NCBI RefSeq assembly: GCF_009914755.1
Contig: NC_060946.1
Source of the DNA: the human T2T-CHM13v2.0 reference genome, Homo sapiens
DNA length: 64,000 bases
Direction: 5' to 3' (one strand)
A model generated the notes under the pieces. It ran no database searches and was not told where the DNA came from. It saw nothing but the letters and a program-made list of their open reading frames with translations. The position numbers and the translations under genes are program-made. How positions within the stretch are numbered: position 1 is the first letter of the stretch; each line of letters begins with the position of its first letter. Shown here piece after piece: positions 15,386-32,920 of the stretch.

Positions 15386-16227
15386 ACTGTGTGAGTTGTG
15401 GGTCTGACACAGTTAAATGTGCTCCTTCAGGGATGGCACCCTCTGAGCCTCCTTATCACTGTGCTTAAATCACAAAAGTACAAGCAAGATGAAAAACAAA
15501 GCCTATTTCAACCAGTTCAAAGAGAAACTTGGTGACTATATACTAGGGTTATTTTCCTCAAGCCAGAGAAGTCAAGAGTTACACATTAAATATCTTAAAT
15601 ATTGATTGTTACATAAAGTTTTATAAAATCAACCAGAAAAAAAAGACTGGGGAATTTTTTTATCTTGCCCTGGGGTAAAGTGCAAGATATACAAAGTCAG
15701 GGATATTGAGATTTGATAAGTTCAAATAATTTTTACAGAATTGGTTGTGGCAACATCCAGCTAGCAGCTGACATGGAACCATGAGGGGAAGGACTGAATG
15801 TCTGAATTAATCAACAGATTCAGAATCCCACCCTGTCCCTTCTCCCTCCAGCTCCTGTTCTAATAGGAATGCCATCCCAAGCTTTGGGACCATGAATAAA
15901 GCATTTGGGACAAGAGATAAAAGTCTGTTTCGTCTGGTGTTCAACAGTGCCTCTGCCAGGTGTTCAGGGCATCTAACAGATTGGCCCCTGCCCTATGACA
16001 CAGGTGCAGAAGTGTCAGGCCCTGGTACAAGACAGCCTAGATCAGTCTGAATTCCAAGCCCTCACGCTTGCCCAGTGACAGGCTCATGACATTTTTCCCC
16101 ACATCAATGTGGTCTGTTTTTTGTCTTTGGGCTGACACTACCATTCACCAGATTATCCCCCCCCATGTACAATGGGATAACTCACACCTAGCAATTTCAA
16201 GAGCTCTGCTTTTAAAAAAGGTCATGA

Positions 16228-16529
16228 GGCCAGGCGCAGTGGCTCACGCCTATAATCCCAGCACTTTGGGAGGCCAAGGCAGGCGGATCACCTGAGGTCA
16301 GGAGTTTGAGACCAGCCTGGCCAACATGGTGAAACCCTGTCTCTACTAAAAATACAAAAATTAGCCGAGTGTGGTGGTGCACGTCTGTAATCCCAGCTGA
16401 GACACGAGAATCGCTTGAACTCAGGAGGCAGAGGTTTCAGTGAGCCAAGATTGCACCAACGCACTACAGCCTGGATAACAGAGAGAGATTCTGTCTCAAT
16501 AAATAAATAAATAAATAATAAAATAAAAA
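16228..16529 (+). mobile_element. AluS with a small internal deletion in the right arm
   Basis: ggccaggcgcagtggctcacg start, (TAAA)n tail, flanking repeat aaaaggtcatga. Confidence 0.93.
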
Positions 16530-17882
16530 TTTAAAAGGTCATGAGAAACATAAAAGGAGATTCCATTTAGACTATTTCAGAGGTCATTCAAGAAGACCAA
16601 TTATAGTTATCCTCTTGCTAAGCTGCTGACTTACACTAAGAAGCTTATAAAAGCCTTCTGAACTCATTTTGTTCTCAGCCTTTCAGAAGGAGTAGAAATT
16701 CAAGAATCAGGGGCACAAGACGAGTCTACAGTGTGTCCACTCATTCCTGCAACTGCGTCTCTTTAGTGCTCTAGTCCCTAATGTGGCATCAACTTTTTTT
16801 TTCCTCAAGCAGATACAGCTGAGCCTGAGTGAGTCACTTCACAGATTAGGCTATGTCTGCCTTTTGGAAGCCAGCCATGGTAGGAGAGGAGGCCACAACA
16901 AGACAGGACACAAGAGACTCAGCCAGGAAATCCCATCCTACTTGAGAAGGAGCCCAACTTTGGATCTTACAAGAAAGGGGTGAGCATCAGGAAGCAGAAG
17001 CTGGGGAAATGTGATGTAGCAAGCTACAATCCCTGCAGCAAAGGACAGACTATCTTCCTCCTGCAAACACCATTCAACATCTGGAATGTCTGGGCCCTTT
17101 CTTTCCTCCATGCCCTTGCCTGGTGAGAAACTCCTCCGCCTGGAATGGCTTTTCTCCCCTCACCCTTTAGGGCCCAGCTAAAATGTCACCTCTTTGGAAG
17201 CCTCTTGAATCATTGCCTCACCCCTCAAGTAGGCAGAGCGAGGCACAGGCCTCTTTGTTCCGACCTTTATCAGAGCACTTCTCACGTGGTAGATTAATAA
17301 TTTACACGTTTGTTGCATGCTCCACACCGTGAGCTACTGTAAGGCCAAGAATTCCAGCTATTATTCATGCATATATCTCCAGGCCCAGCATCAGCCCTGG
17401 CACAGACTGCATGCTCATAAAATATTTTCAAAATGGCAGTACCCTATTTTAGAATGAAATTGGAAACTCTTTGTTTTAAGGAATAAAATAAGTGCCAAAA
17501 TATATTCTATCTACTTTTTCTCCACAGAGTTCTGGAAAGGATTGGGGGTAAGAAAAAACACTTGTCTTGCAAAGTAAAACCTTATCAATTTGGATTAAGT
17601 GGTAGGTCAGTCTCAATTAGCAAACAACCTTAATTAGAAATACCTATAATGATAATTTTAAATGTTCAAAGACCCACTGTACATTGAATGAGGCTAATGA
17701 TGCAGCAATGGCATAGTCACCAGTGCATGGGGACTGCTTTAAAGAACAGATAGAAATAATTTGAATCAGTCTATCAACTGTCCATTTACATCAATATGTT
17801 AAAGATATCCTAGTTGCAATCCTGGTTTTGTAATTCATTTGCTTAAAAACCCCTGCTTTTTTCCCTCTTTTTGGGAAGCTGA

Positions 17883-18179
<297 letters not shown>

Positions 18180-18715
18180 TAATGTAATAAACATGCACTA
18201 AACCACTACCCAAAACAAAAGCCAGGATCTTGAGAATAACATACCTCTAATCATTTGCTACTTCCCAGTGAGTCCATCCCCAGCCTGAGGTAGGTCCCAT
18301 CCCTAATCCCATAGCAATCACTCCCTGGTTGTCCTTTCTATACAGGTTTTATTGCATCTATCTGTATTCTGAAAAGTGTATTTTTATTTTTGTCTTTAAC
18401 TATTAAAAAGATGTCATCCTGCAGGTAATGTTTTAGAATTTACTTTTTCACTTATTAATTATTATAGTTCTATTATGTAGCCACTATCTTAGGCTTCACT
18501 GTGGCTCATTTGTTGTTGAAACCTAATAGTCCATTTTAGGATTGCACCTCTATTTATTCATCTACTCTCTCACTAATGCCATCTGGGTTGTTTCCAGAAT
18601 TTTGCTATTGTTTACAGTGCAGCTTTGAAGATTCCTGTTCATGCACAAGACTCTCTCTTGGATATTACACCTCAAGTGTAAAGGGTATGTACATATGCGA
18701 TCTACTTATTTATTT

Positions 18716-18865
18716 ACTGAAACAGGGTCTCATTCTGTCACTCAGGTTGGAATGCAGTGGTGTGATCATAGTTCACTGCAGCCTCAAACTCCTGGGCTCA
18801 AGTGATCCTCCCACTTCAACCTCCTAAAGTGCTAGGATTACAGGTATGAGCCACCTCACCCAGCT
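18716..18865 (-). mobile_element. Alu monomer (FLAM/AluJ-like) fragment
   Basis: gaaacagggtctc...aaagtgctaggattacagg motifs. Confidence 0.8.
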
Positions 18866-20119
18866 AATATTCAACTTCCGATGGTCATGACAAGCTTCTT
18901 CTGATGTGGTTATGCCAATTTACTCTTCGACCAGTCATTTAAAAGATAGCTTATGGACTGACATCTCCTCCAATACTCAATATTGTCAGACTTGTTAATA
19001 TTTGCCGCTTGTTATCAGTGTAGAATCAATGGAGTTGTCAGCATTATAAACAAGTGTAATCTAAATTAACCAGTATTTTGAAATAAGAAAATGTATTTGA
19101 TTACAAAAATAACTTTCACGGTAGAAAATTTGTAAATATAGAAAAACACCAAAAGGGAAAAAAATAACAGCTATAGTTTATCAAGGTTTAATATTGCTTT
19201 ACAATAAAGGAACATTTACCCCATTAAAAGGGCAATGTACAATTGCAATTTATTTAAAACCCCTTGTGAGTGCTCCTTCCAGACCTGACCTACTACTGAA
19301 CAAAGCCCTACCCAGTCTTAGATTCCCTAAAGTGCCACAGCACCGTTCTAGGAGCCCAGGGAACAATTTACATACTGCAAGATGCTGGCTAAATATCAGA
19401 GTTAAAAACTGAAGATGTGTTTTGAAATTCATAACATCTCCCTTATGGGAGGCTCATGTTCTATACAGTGGTTTCAATCTACGCCTCTTTTGATCTGGGA
19501 GGAAGGGACTGGAAGTTCTTATTAAACACTTAATAAAAGCACTTCTTTTATTTTTAAATCCATTTTCAGAAACTCCTTTGTAGCATTTTACTTCCTTTCG
19601 GCAGCAAGATGCCATTAAGGAGAGCAAAAACAGTCTGCAGAATAACAAGGACACCATGGCTAGGCTGCGGGTAATTGAATAAAGGTGTCTCCCAAGGCAT
19701 AGAGACTCAGTTTCTAGGGGCACAGTGCATTTTACAAACACTAGCCCAGCATGAACGGAGTCTGCTTACGGCACAACTTCTGGTGACTAAATTTCAAACT
19801 TACTGATGTCTAACCATGTGTCAGGCACTGTGTTAGTGAGAATTCAGAAAGAAGGACACAGCATCTACCCTCTAGGGCATCACCATCTGCTTGGAAAGAC
19901 ATACAAACTACATAAATATAAAACTGGAAAGAACAAAATAAGTGCTATTATTAGGTACACAGAGGGGAGCAAAGACCTGATTTGGACCAACAAGGATGGG
20001 AATAATTCTGATGAAAGCAGTGTGAAATATAAACAGAGCTCCAAAAGGTGATTAGACTATCTATAGGAAAATATAGTCTATAAAACAAATTCAGGCAGAA
20101 GGGAGAAGCGCTTCATTTG

Positions 20120-20745
20120 CAGAACTAGTCAGTTGTTCATGCAAACATTTCTTAAGCATCTACTATGTTCCTGAGCTGCCCTAGAGACTGGGAACACAAA
20201 GAGGTGAATGAAACTAACAACGGAGCTTCTGAAAGGCTTTTCAGAGAAGATAGGAATTTGAAGGATGAAAGGAACCAGTCACAACAAGAGCAGGGGGCAG
20301 AACTTTACTTAGAGAAGGAAGAGCATGTGGATAACTCTAAGGTGGGAAAGCCCTTGGTGTAAACTAGGAGGTGAAAGGAGGCCAGGGGGCCACATGGAAA
20401 TGCTAAGCTGAAGAAGGGTTATAGGTGCTGTTGAAGGGTGGGCAGAGGCTAGATCACACAGGCATACAGGTCAGCATAAGGAAAGTGAGCTGGAGTCTAA
20501 AGACCATCAGAAACTCTGAAGACACTTAAGTGTGTTTGGGGAGCTTTGTGGTGGGTAGGAGGGCAAGGAAACAGAATCCCAAATACATCTTTGAAAGACC
20601 ACTCTGGCTAATGGGTTTGGAAAGCCATGAGAGGGAGAAGGAGAAGACAGATAAGATAGGAAGTGGTAGCAGTGGTTTAGGATAGAGATGATGGTGACCT
20701 GCACTGTGCATGTAGCAGTGGTGACAGAAGTGGATTGATTAAATA
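20120..20745 (-). mobile_element. L2 LINE fragment, apparently continuing at about 24400-24760 beyond the L1M insertion
   Basis: L2-like motifs (aaacatttcttaagcatctactatg, tttgaaagaccactctggct, gagatgatggtgacctg). Boundaries approximate. Confidence 0.55.
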
Positions 20746-21158
20746 TGTATTTTTAAAATACTTTAAAAATTTGTGATAAAAACATATCATAAAATTTATT
20801 CTCGTAACCATTTTAAGTATATGGTAGTGTTAACTATATGTATCTTGTGTGCAACAAATCTCAAGAAATTTTTCATCTTATAAAACTGAAGCCCTATATC
20901 CATTAAACAACTCCCTTTTACCCCTCCTACCCATCCCTGAGGACCACCATTCTAGTTCCTGTTTCTAAGAGCTTGGCTACTTCAGATACCTTAATGTGAA
21001 ATAAGCCAATCACACACAAAAAGACAAATATTGCCAAATGAAATCATGTAGTATTTGTCTTTCTTTGTGATTGGCTCATTTCACTTAGCATAATGACCTC
21101 AAAATTCATCCATGGTGTAGCATGTGACAGGATTTTCTTCTTCCTTTTCTTCCCCCAG

Positions 21159-21437
21159 TACAGAGTCTCGCTCTGTCACCTAGGCTGGTGTACAGTGGCA
21201 CGATCACAGCTCACTACAGCCTCGACCTCCCAGGCTCGTGTGATTCCCCTACCTCAGCCTCCTGAGTAGCTGGTACTATAGGCATACGACCACATCTGGC
21301 TAGTTTTAAAAATTTTTTTGTAGAGACAGGGTCTCACTGTGTTGCCCAGGAAAGTCAGGAACTCATGGGCTCAAGCGATCCTCCTGCCTCAGCCTCTCGA
21401 AGTGCTGAGATTATAGGCATGAGCCACCATGCCCAGC
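21159..21437 (-). mobile_element. AluJ
   Basis: Dimeric Alu in reverse orientation with J-type motif cctcgacctcccaggctc. Confidence 0.88.
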
Positions 21438-22412
21438 TGATTTTCTTCTTTTTTAAGGCTGAGTAATATTCCATTGTATACACCACATTTTTAAAATCTG
21501 TTTATCCATAGATGGACTTTTCGGTTGCTCCTACCCCCTGGCTATTATGAGTAGTACTGCAATGAATATGTGTGCCAATATCTCTGAGATCATGTTTTCA
21601 ATTCTTTTGTGTATACCCAGAAATGGGATTGTTGCATTGTACACTAATTCTATTTTTTAGAGGAATGTCCATACTGTTTTCTATAGCAGCTCCACTATTT
21701 TACATTCCCACCAACAATGCACAAAGGTTCCAATTTTTCCACATCCTGGCCAACACTGGTTATTTTCCATTTTTTTTAAAGTGACCATCCTAATGAGGAA
21801 AAAGGTTTCTCATTATGCTGTTGATTTGCATTTCGCTGATGATTAGTAATGCTGAACATCTTTACATATGCTTGTTGCTCATTTGTTTACCTCTTTGAAG
21901 AAATGTCTACTTAGGTCCTTTGCCCATTTTTAAATTGGATTTTGTTGTTGTTGTTGTTGTTGTTGTTAAGTTGTAGGAGTTTTTATATATTCTGGATATT
22001 ATCAGATACATGGTTTGCAAATAATTTCTCCCATTCATAGGCTGCCTTTTCAAAATGTTAATTATTTCCTTTGCTGCATAGAAGTTTTCAAGAAGTTTGA
22101 AGTAGTCCCTTTTCTCTCCTTTTCTTTTGTTGCCTGTGCTTTCTGTATCATAACCAATAAATTATTGCCAAATCCAATGTCAAGTAGCTTTTCCTCTATG
22201 TTTTCCTTTAGGAGTTTTAGACTTTCAAGTTTTACGTTTAGGTCTCTAATCCATTTTGAGTCAATTTTTGCATGTCGTATAAATAAGGGTCCAACGTTTT
22301 TCCTTTTGCATGTGGATATCCAGTTTTCCTAACACCATTTATTGAAGAAATTGTTCTCTCCCCATTGTGTTGCCTTTGTACCCTTGTCGAAGATCATTTG
22401 ACATACACATAA

Positions 22413-22769
<357 letters not shown>

Positions 22770-22787
22770 TGAAATTAGGAAGTATGA

Positions 22788-23198
<411 letters not shown>

Positions 23199-24906
23199 TG
23201 CCACTAGGATTTTGCTAGGGATTACACTGAATCTGTAGATCACTTTGGATAGTATGGATGCTTTTTAACAATATTAACTCTTGTAGTCCATGATCATAGG
23301 ATATCTTCCCATTTATTTGTGTCTTCTTTAATTTCCTTCAGAATTTTTTGTAGTTTTCAGTATATGGGTCTTTCCCTTCCTTGGTTAAGTTTATTCCTGA
23401 GTATTTTGTAATTTTTGATGCTTTGGTAAGTGGGATTGTTTTCTGAATTTCCTCTTTAGATTGTTCATTGCTAGTGTATAGAAACACACTTGATTTTTGT
23501 TCATTGATTTCATATCCTGCAGATTTACTAAATCTGTTTATTAGCTCTAATAGTTTTTTGGTAGAATCTTTCAAGTTTTCTACATATAAGATCATGTCAT
23601 CTGTGAATAGAGATAATTTCACTCTTCCCTTTTCAATTTGGATATTTATTTCCCTTCCTTATTTAATTGCTCTGGCTAGCACTTCCAGTACTATATATTG
23701 AAGATATGACAAAAGAAGGCATCCTTGCCTTGTTCCTGGTCTTACATGAAATATTTTCAAATTATTGCTCATTAGTATGATGTTAGCTGTGGATTTTTCA
23801 TATATGGCCTTCACTATGTTGAGGTAATTTCCTTTTACTAGCTTGCAGTGTGGTTTTTATCATGAAAGGGTGTTAAATTTTGTCAAATGCTTTTCTGCAT
23901 CAACTCAAATGATCATGTGTTTTTTGTCCTTCATTCTGTTAATGTGGTGTATTACGCTGATTGATATTCACAGGTGAACCATCCTTATATTCCAAGAGTA
24001 AATCCCACATAGTCATGGTGCAGAATCCTTTTAATGTATTATTGAATTCAGTTTGCTGGTATTTTTTGAGGATTTTTGCATCAATTTTCATGATAAATAT
24101 TGGTCTACAGTTGTTTTACTTGTGGTATCTTTGTCTGATTTCGGCATCATGGTAACTCTGGCCTCATAAAATGAATTTGTAATGTTCTTTACTCTTTAAT
24201 TTTTAAAAAGAATTTGAAAAGGATTGGTATTAATTCTTCCTTAAATATTTGGTAGAATTCCCCAGTGAATACATCTGGTCCCAAACTTTTCTTTATTGGG
24301 AGGTTTTTGGTTACTGATTTAATTTCCTCACTAGTTATAGATCTGTTCAGATATTTTATTTCTTCATGATTCAGTCTTGGTAGGTCATTCAAAATGTATT
24401 TTACGGAAATATATTTCTATAAATCTGCAAGATTAATTGATTAGAATGAGGGAAAGAAAAAATAATGGATGATGATTCATTTTTTTTTTTTTTTGTCTTA
24501 AGCAACTAGTTATATGATGGCGCAGGAACCTGGATAAAGATTAAAGTAGAAATGGGGACATTAAAGAGTTAGGCTTTAGGTGTTTTAGACCAGAGGTGCC
24601 TGGAAGATATCCAGATATAGATGTTCATTGACAGATACACATACAGATCCAGAGCTCAGAGACCCCTGAGCTAGAGTAGAGAGACAGAAATTACAGGGTA
24701 CATTTAGAGAGCAAAGAAGGCATAGTGGTTGAAATACAGTATTCACCAAGAGACAAGAATGGAAAATAAACCCAGAATACCTTCCTAGAACTAGATCACA
24801 GTGACAGGCTCTGACACTGGGGTTTTATTTTCTGCAAAGTCAAATTACAAAAAAGTTTCTTCCCCCTTTTGTATGACAGAATTGTTTATTCATGGCTATT
24901 TATTTC

Positions 24907-25386
24907 TCATTTAAAAGTACTATATGCGAATTCAGCAGTGGAGCCAAGATGGCCGAATAGGAACAGCTCCAGTCTACAGCTCCCAGCGTGAGCGATGCAG
25001 AAGACGGGTGATTTTTGCATTTCCAACTGAGGTACTGGGTTCATCTCACTGGGGAGTGCCAGACAGCAGGTGCAGGACAGCGGGTGCAGCGCACCGTGCA
25101 TGAGATGAAGCAGGGCGAGGCATCGCTTCACCAGGGAAGCACAAGGGGTCAGGGAATTCCCTTTCCTAGTCAAAGAAAGGGGTGACAGACGGCACCTGGA
25201 AAATCGGGTCACTCCCACCCTCATACTGCGCTCTTCCAATAGGCTTAACAAATGGCACACTAGGAGATTATATCCCGCACCTGGCTCAGAGGGTCCTACG
25301 CCCACGGAGCCTCGCTCATTGCTAGCACAGCAGTCTGAGATCAAACTGCAAGGCGGAAGCGAGGCTGTGGGAGGGGCGCCTGCCAT
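24907..25386 (-). CDS. L1 ORF0, open for 159 aa (expression unproven)
   Basis: Begins MAGAPPTASLPPCSLISDCCASN...RVGVTRFSRC, the recognised ORF0 N-terminus. Stop codon lies in the flank outside the TSD. Confidence 0.7.
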   Translation of the reverse strand: MAGAPPTASLPPCSLISDCCASNERGSVGVGPSEPGAGYNLLVCHLLSLLEERSMRVGVTRFSRCRLSPLSLTRKGNSLTPCASLVKRCLALLHLMHGALHPLSCTCCLALPSEMNPVPQLEMQKSPVFCIAHAGSCRLELFLFGHLGSTAEFAYSTFK

Positions 25387-25961
25387 TGCTCAGGCTTGAG
25401 TAGGTAAACAAAGTGGCCAGGAAGCTCAAACTGGGTGGAGCCCACCACAGCTCAAGGAGGCCTGCTTGCCTCTGTAGGCTCCACCTCTGGGGGCAGGGCA
25501 CAGACAAACAAAAGACAGCAACAACCTCTGCAGTCTTACATGTCCCGGTCTGACAGCTCTGAAGAGAGTAGTAGTTCTCCCAGCACACAGCCTGAGATCT
25601 GAGAAAGGGCAGACTGCCTCCTCAAGTGGGTCCCTGATCCCCAAGTAACCTAACTGGGAAGCACACCCCAGTAGCGGCGGACTGATACCTCACATGGCTG
25701 GGTACTCCTCTGAGACAAAACTTCCAGAGGAATGAACAGGCAGCAGCATTTGCGGTTCACCAATATCCGCTGTTCTGCAGCCACCGCTGCTGATACCCAG
25801 GAAAACAGGGTCTGGAGTGGACCTCCAGTAAACTCCAACAGACCTGCAGCTGAGGGTCCTGTCTGTTAGAAGGAAAACTAACAAACAGAAAGGACATCCA
25901 CACCAAAAACCCATCTGTATGTCACCATCATCAAAGACCAAAGGTAGATGAAACCACAAAG
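24940..25961. promoter_or_regulatory. L1 5'UTR with internal sense promoter and antisense promoter (ASP)
   Basis: YY1-type motif aagatggcc at the 5' end and complete 5'UTR. ASP activity is established for primate L1s but not shown for this copy. Confidence 0.75.
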
Positions 25962-26978
25962 ATGGGGAAAAAACAGAGCAGAAAAACTGGAAACTCTAAA
26001 AATCAGAGTGCCTCTCCTCCTCCAAAGAAACGCAGCTCCTCACCAGCAACGGAACAAAGCTGGACGGAGAATGACTTTGACGAGTTGAGAGAGGAAGGCT
26101 TCAGAAGATCAAACTGCTCTGAGCTAAAGAAGGAAGTTCGAACCAATGGCAAAGAAGTTAAAAACTTTGAAAAAAAATTAGACGAATGGATAACTAGAAT
26201 AATCAATGCAGAGAAGTCCTCAAAGGACCTGATGGAGCTGAAAACCATGGCATGAGAACTACGTGATGAATGCACAAGCCTCAGTAGTCGATGCGATCAA
26301 CTGGAAGAAAGGGTATCAGTGATGGAAGACGAAATGAATCAAATGAAACGTGAAGAGAAGTTTAGAGAAAAAAGAATAAAAAGAAATGAACAAACCCTCC
26401 AAGAAATATGGGACTATGTGAAAACACCAAATCTACGTCTGATTGGTGTACCTGAAAGTCATGGGGAGAATGGAACCAAGGTGGAAAACATTCTGCAGGA
26501 TATTATCCAGGAGAACTTCCCCAATCTAGCAAGGCAGGCCAACATTCAACTTCAGGAAATACAGAGAATGCCAGAAAGATACTCCCCGAGAAGAGCAACT
26601 CCAAGACACATCATTGTCAGATTCACCAAAGTTGAAATGAAGGAAAAAATGTTAAGGGCAGCCAGAGAGCAAGATCAGGTTACCCACAAAGGGAAGCCCA
26701 TCAGACTAACAGCTGATCTCTCAGCAGAAACTCTACAAGTCAGAAGAGAGTGGGGGCCAATATTCAACATTCTTAAAGAAAAGAATTTTCAACCCAGAAT
26801 TTCATATCCAGCCAAACTAAGCTTCATAAGTGAAGGAGAAATAAAATCCTTTACAGACAAGCAAATGCTGACAGATTTTGTCACCACCAGGCCTGCCCTA
26901 AAAGAGCTCCTGAAGGAAGCACTAAACATGGAAAGGAACAACCGGTAGCAGCCACTGCAAAATCATGCCAAACTGTAA
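25962..26978 (+). pseudogene. L1 ORF1 (RNA-binding chaperone), disrupted
   Basis: Starts MGKKQSRKTGNSK. Premature TGA at 26253-26255 and TAG at 26946-26948; normal TAA at 26976-26978. Confidence 0.93.
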
Positions 26979-27041
26979 AGACCATCGAGGCTAGGAAGAA
27001 ACTGCATCAACTAACCAGCAAAATAACCAGCTAACATCATA

Positions 27042-30867
<3,826 letters not shown>

Positions 30868-31150
30868 ACAATGAGAACACATGGACACAGGAAGGGGAAC
30901 ATCACACTCTGGGGACTGTTGTGGGGTGGGGGGATGGGGGAGGGATAGCATTAGGAGATATACCTAATGCTTAATGACGAGTTACTGGGTGCAGCACACC
31001 AGCATGGCACGTGTATACATATGTAACTAACCTGCACGTTGTGCACATATACCCTAAAACTTAAAGTATAATAATAATAAAATAAAATAAAATAAAATAA
31101 AAAATAAAAAAATAAAAAAAATAAAGGTTTTCAAATGTTTAAAAAAAAAA

Positions 31151-31531
31151 AGAAAATGTGGCATGTATACACCATGGAATACTATGCAGCCATAAAAAAT
31201 GATGAGTTCCTGTCCTTTGTAGGGACATGGATGAAGCTGGAAACTATCATTCTCAGCAAAGTATCGCAAGGACAAAAAACCACATACCGCATGTTCTCAC
31301 TCACAGGTGGGAATTGAACAATGAGAACACATGGACACAGGAAGGGGAACATCACACACCGGGGACTGTTGTGGGGTGGTGGGAGGGGAGAAGGATAGCA
31401 TTAGGAGATATACCTAATGCTAAATGACGAGTTAATGGGTGCAGCACACCAACATGGCACATGTATACATATGTAACAAACCTGCACGTTGTGCACATGT
31501 ATCCTAAAAGTTAAAGTATAATAATAATAAA
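31151..31531 (+). mobile_element. Second L1 3' fragment (L1PA4-like) directly behind the full-length L1
   Basis: Starts agaaaatgtggc and has its own A-tail. Followed by the right TSD aaaagtactatatgc at 31532-31546. Confidence 0.92.
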
Positions 31532-32920
31532 AAAAGTACTATATGCCTAATTGTAAAAAAAAAAAGTTAAAAATAAGGAAAAGTAAAAAGAATAAAATAA
31601 CAAGCATCTATAATTTCACCATTCATTTATAATCACCACTAAAATATAGCCTAGTCTCCTTCTGAGAATTTTTCTTTTCATACCCATATTTTATATAATT
31701 ACAAAATTTAAATTATACTATATACAGTAATTCTATATCCTATTTTTTTCACTTAATATTTTGTCTATGTGATTAAACATTTGGCTATTTGATTAAAAAT
31801 TCTTTGTAAACATAATTTTAATTGCAACATAACATTCTGAATAGATATAACATAATTTGTTTGTAATTCAATTATTGTTGTATATTTAGGTTGTTTTCAA
31901 TGTCTTCTATAATATATAAACCTAGGACAGATACTAGTATGTACAGATCTTTGCTCCATTTCTATAATAAAGAATTTTGAGACCAAAGGGCATAAACATG
32001 TAAAAAGATTTTTTATACTATTGGCAAATTGTTTTTAGAAATGCAAAATCCAGGTATATCCCTACGATATGAGCCTGCTCATTCACTGCATCCTTACTCT
32101 CACTGAGCATTATGGTTTTAAAAAATATTTACTAAATTTGTAGATGAAAAATAATACTTCAGTGAAATTTTCTTACTGTTTTCATGAAACTATGAGACAC
32201 GAATCGCTCTCACAAACACTCCATTCCAGTAAATTCAAACCATGCCAATAAAGTGTTTAATTTTAATATTATAATCAACAATATGAGTTTAAGCTCACAA
32301 AATATAAACAAATCTCTAACAAGATTACTCCAAAGCAACAGGAAAAACCTTATTTCTAGCAGTCTAAGGGGAAGATCTAGGCTACTGAGGGCAGCCCAAC
32401 AAAGTGATGCTGAGTGTCAAGCCACATAACCTGCTAGAGATCCTAAGGACTCATTAGCTCTCTGTATAGAGCAGAGGGGAAATGGTTAACATGGGAAACA
32501 CAAGCAAGTTGCAGTCTTTCCTCTCTCTCTACCTTTGATGAAGAGATGAACTATAACTCAAAAGACATTTTTCAATTCAAAAGGCACCTGGAAACAGAAT
32601 TACTCAACCTCCAGTATCATAGAAAAGAACTGCTTAGCCACATGTATTTAAAGTTCAACCATGACATCCAATGAGGAGCATGGAAGAGTGAGACCAAGGG
32701 TAATCCTCTTCTTTCTCCTGGTGAATTTTAATCTAGATATCTGGAAATTTGGATTAGGTGAAATATACATTTTCATACAGGCTGAGCCCCATGAATGCTT
32801 GGTTTAGACTGAGATGACTTGGATGTGGTCCCCACATTGCCATAAGGGAGAGGCCACCTTCACATATGCAGAGATTTCAAATGGCAGGTGTCATACACCC
32901 AAGTACCTTTATAATCTTGG

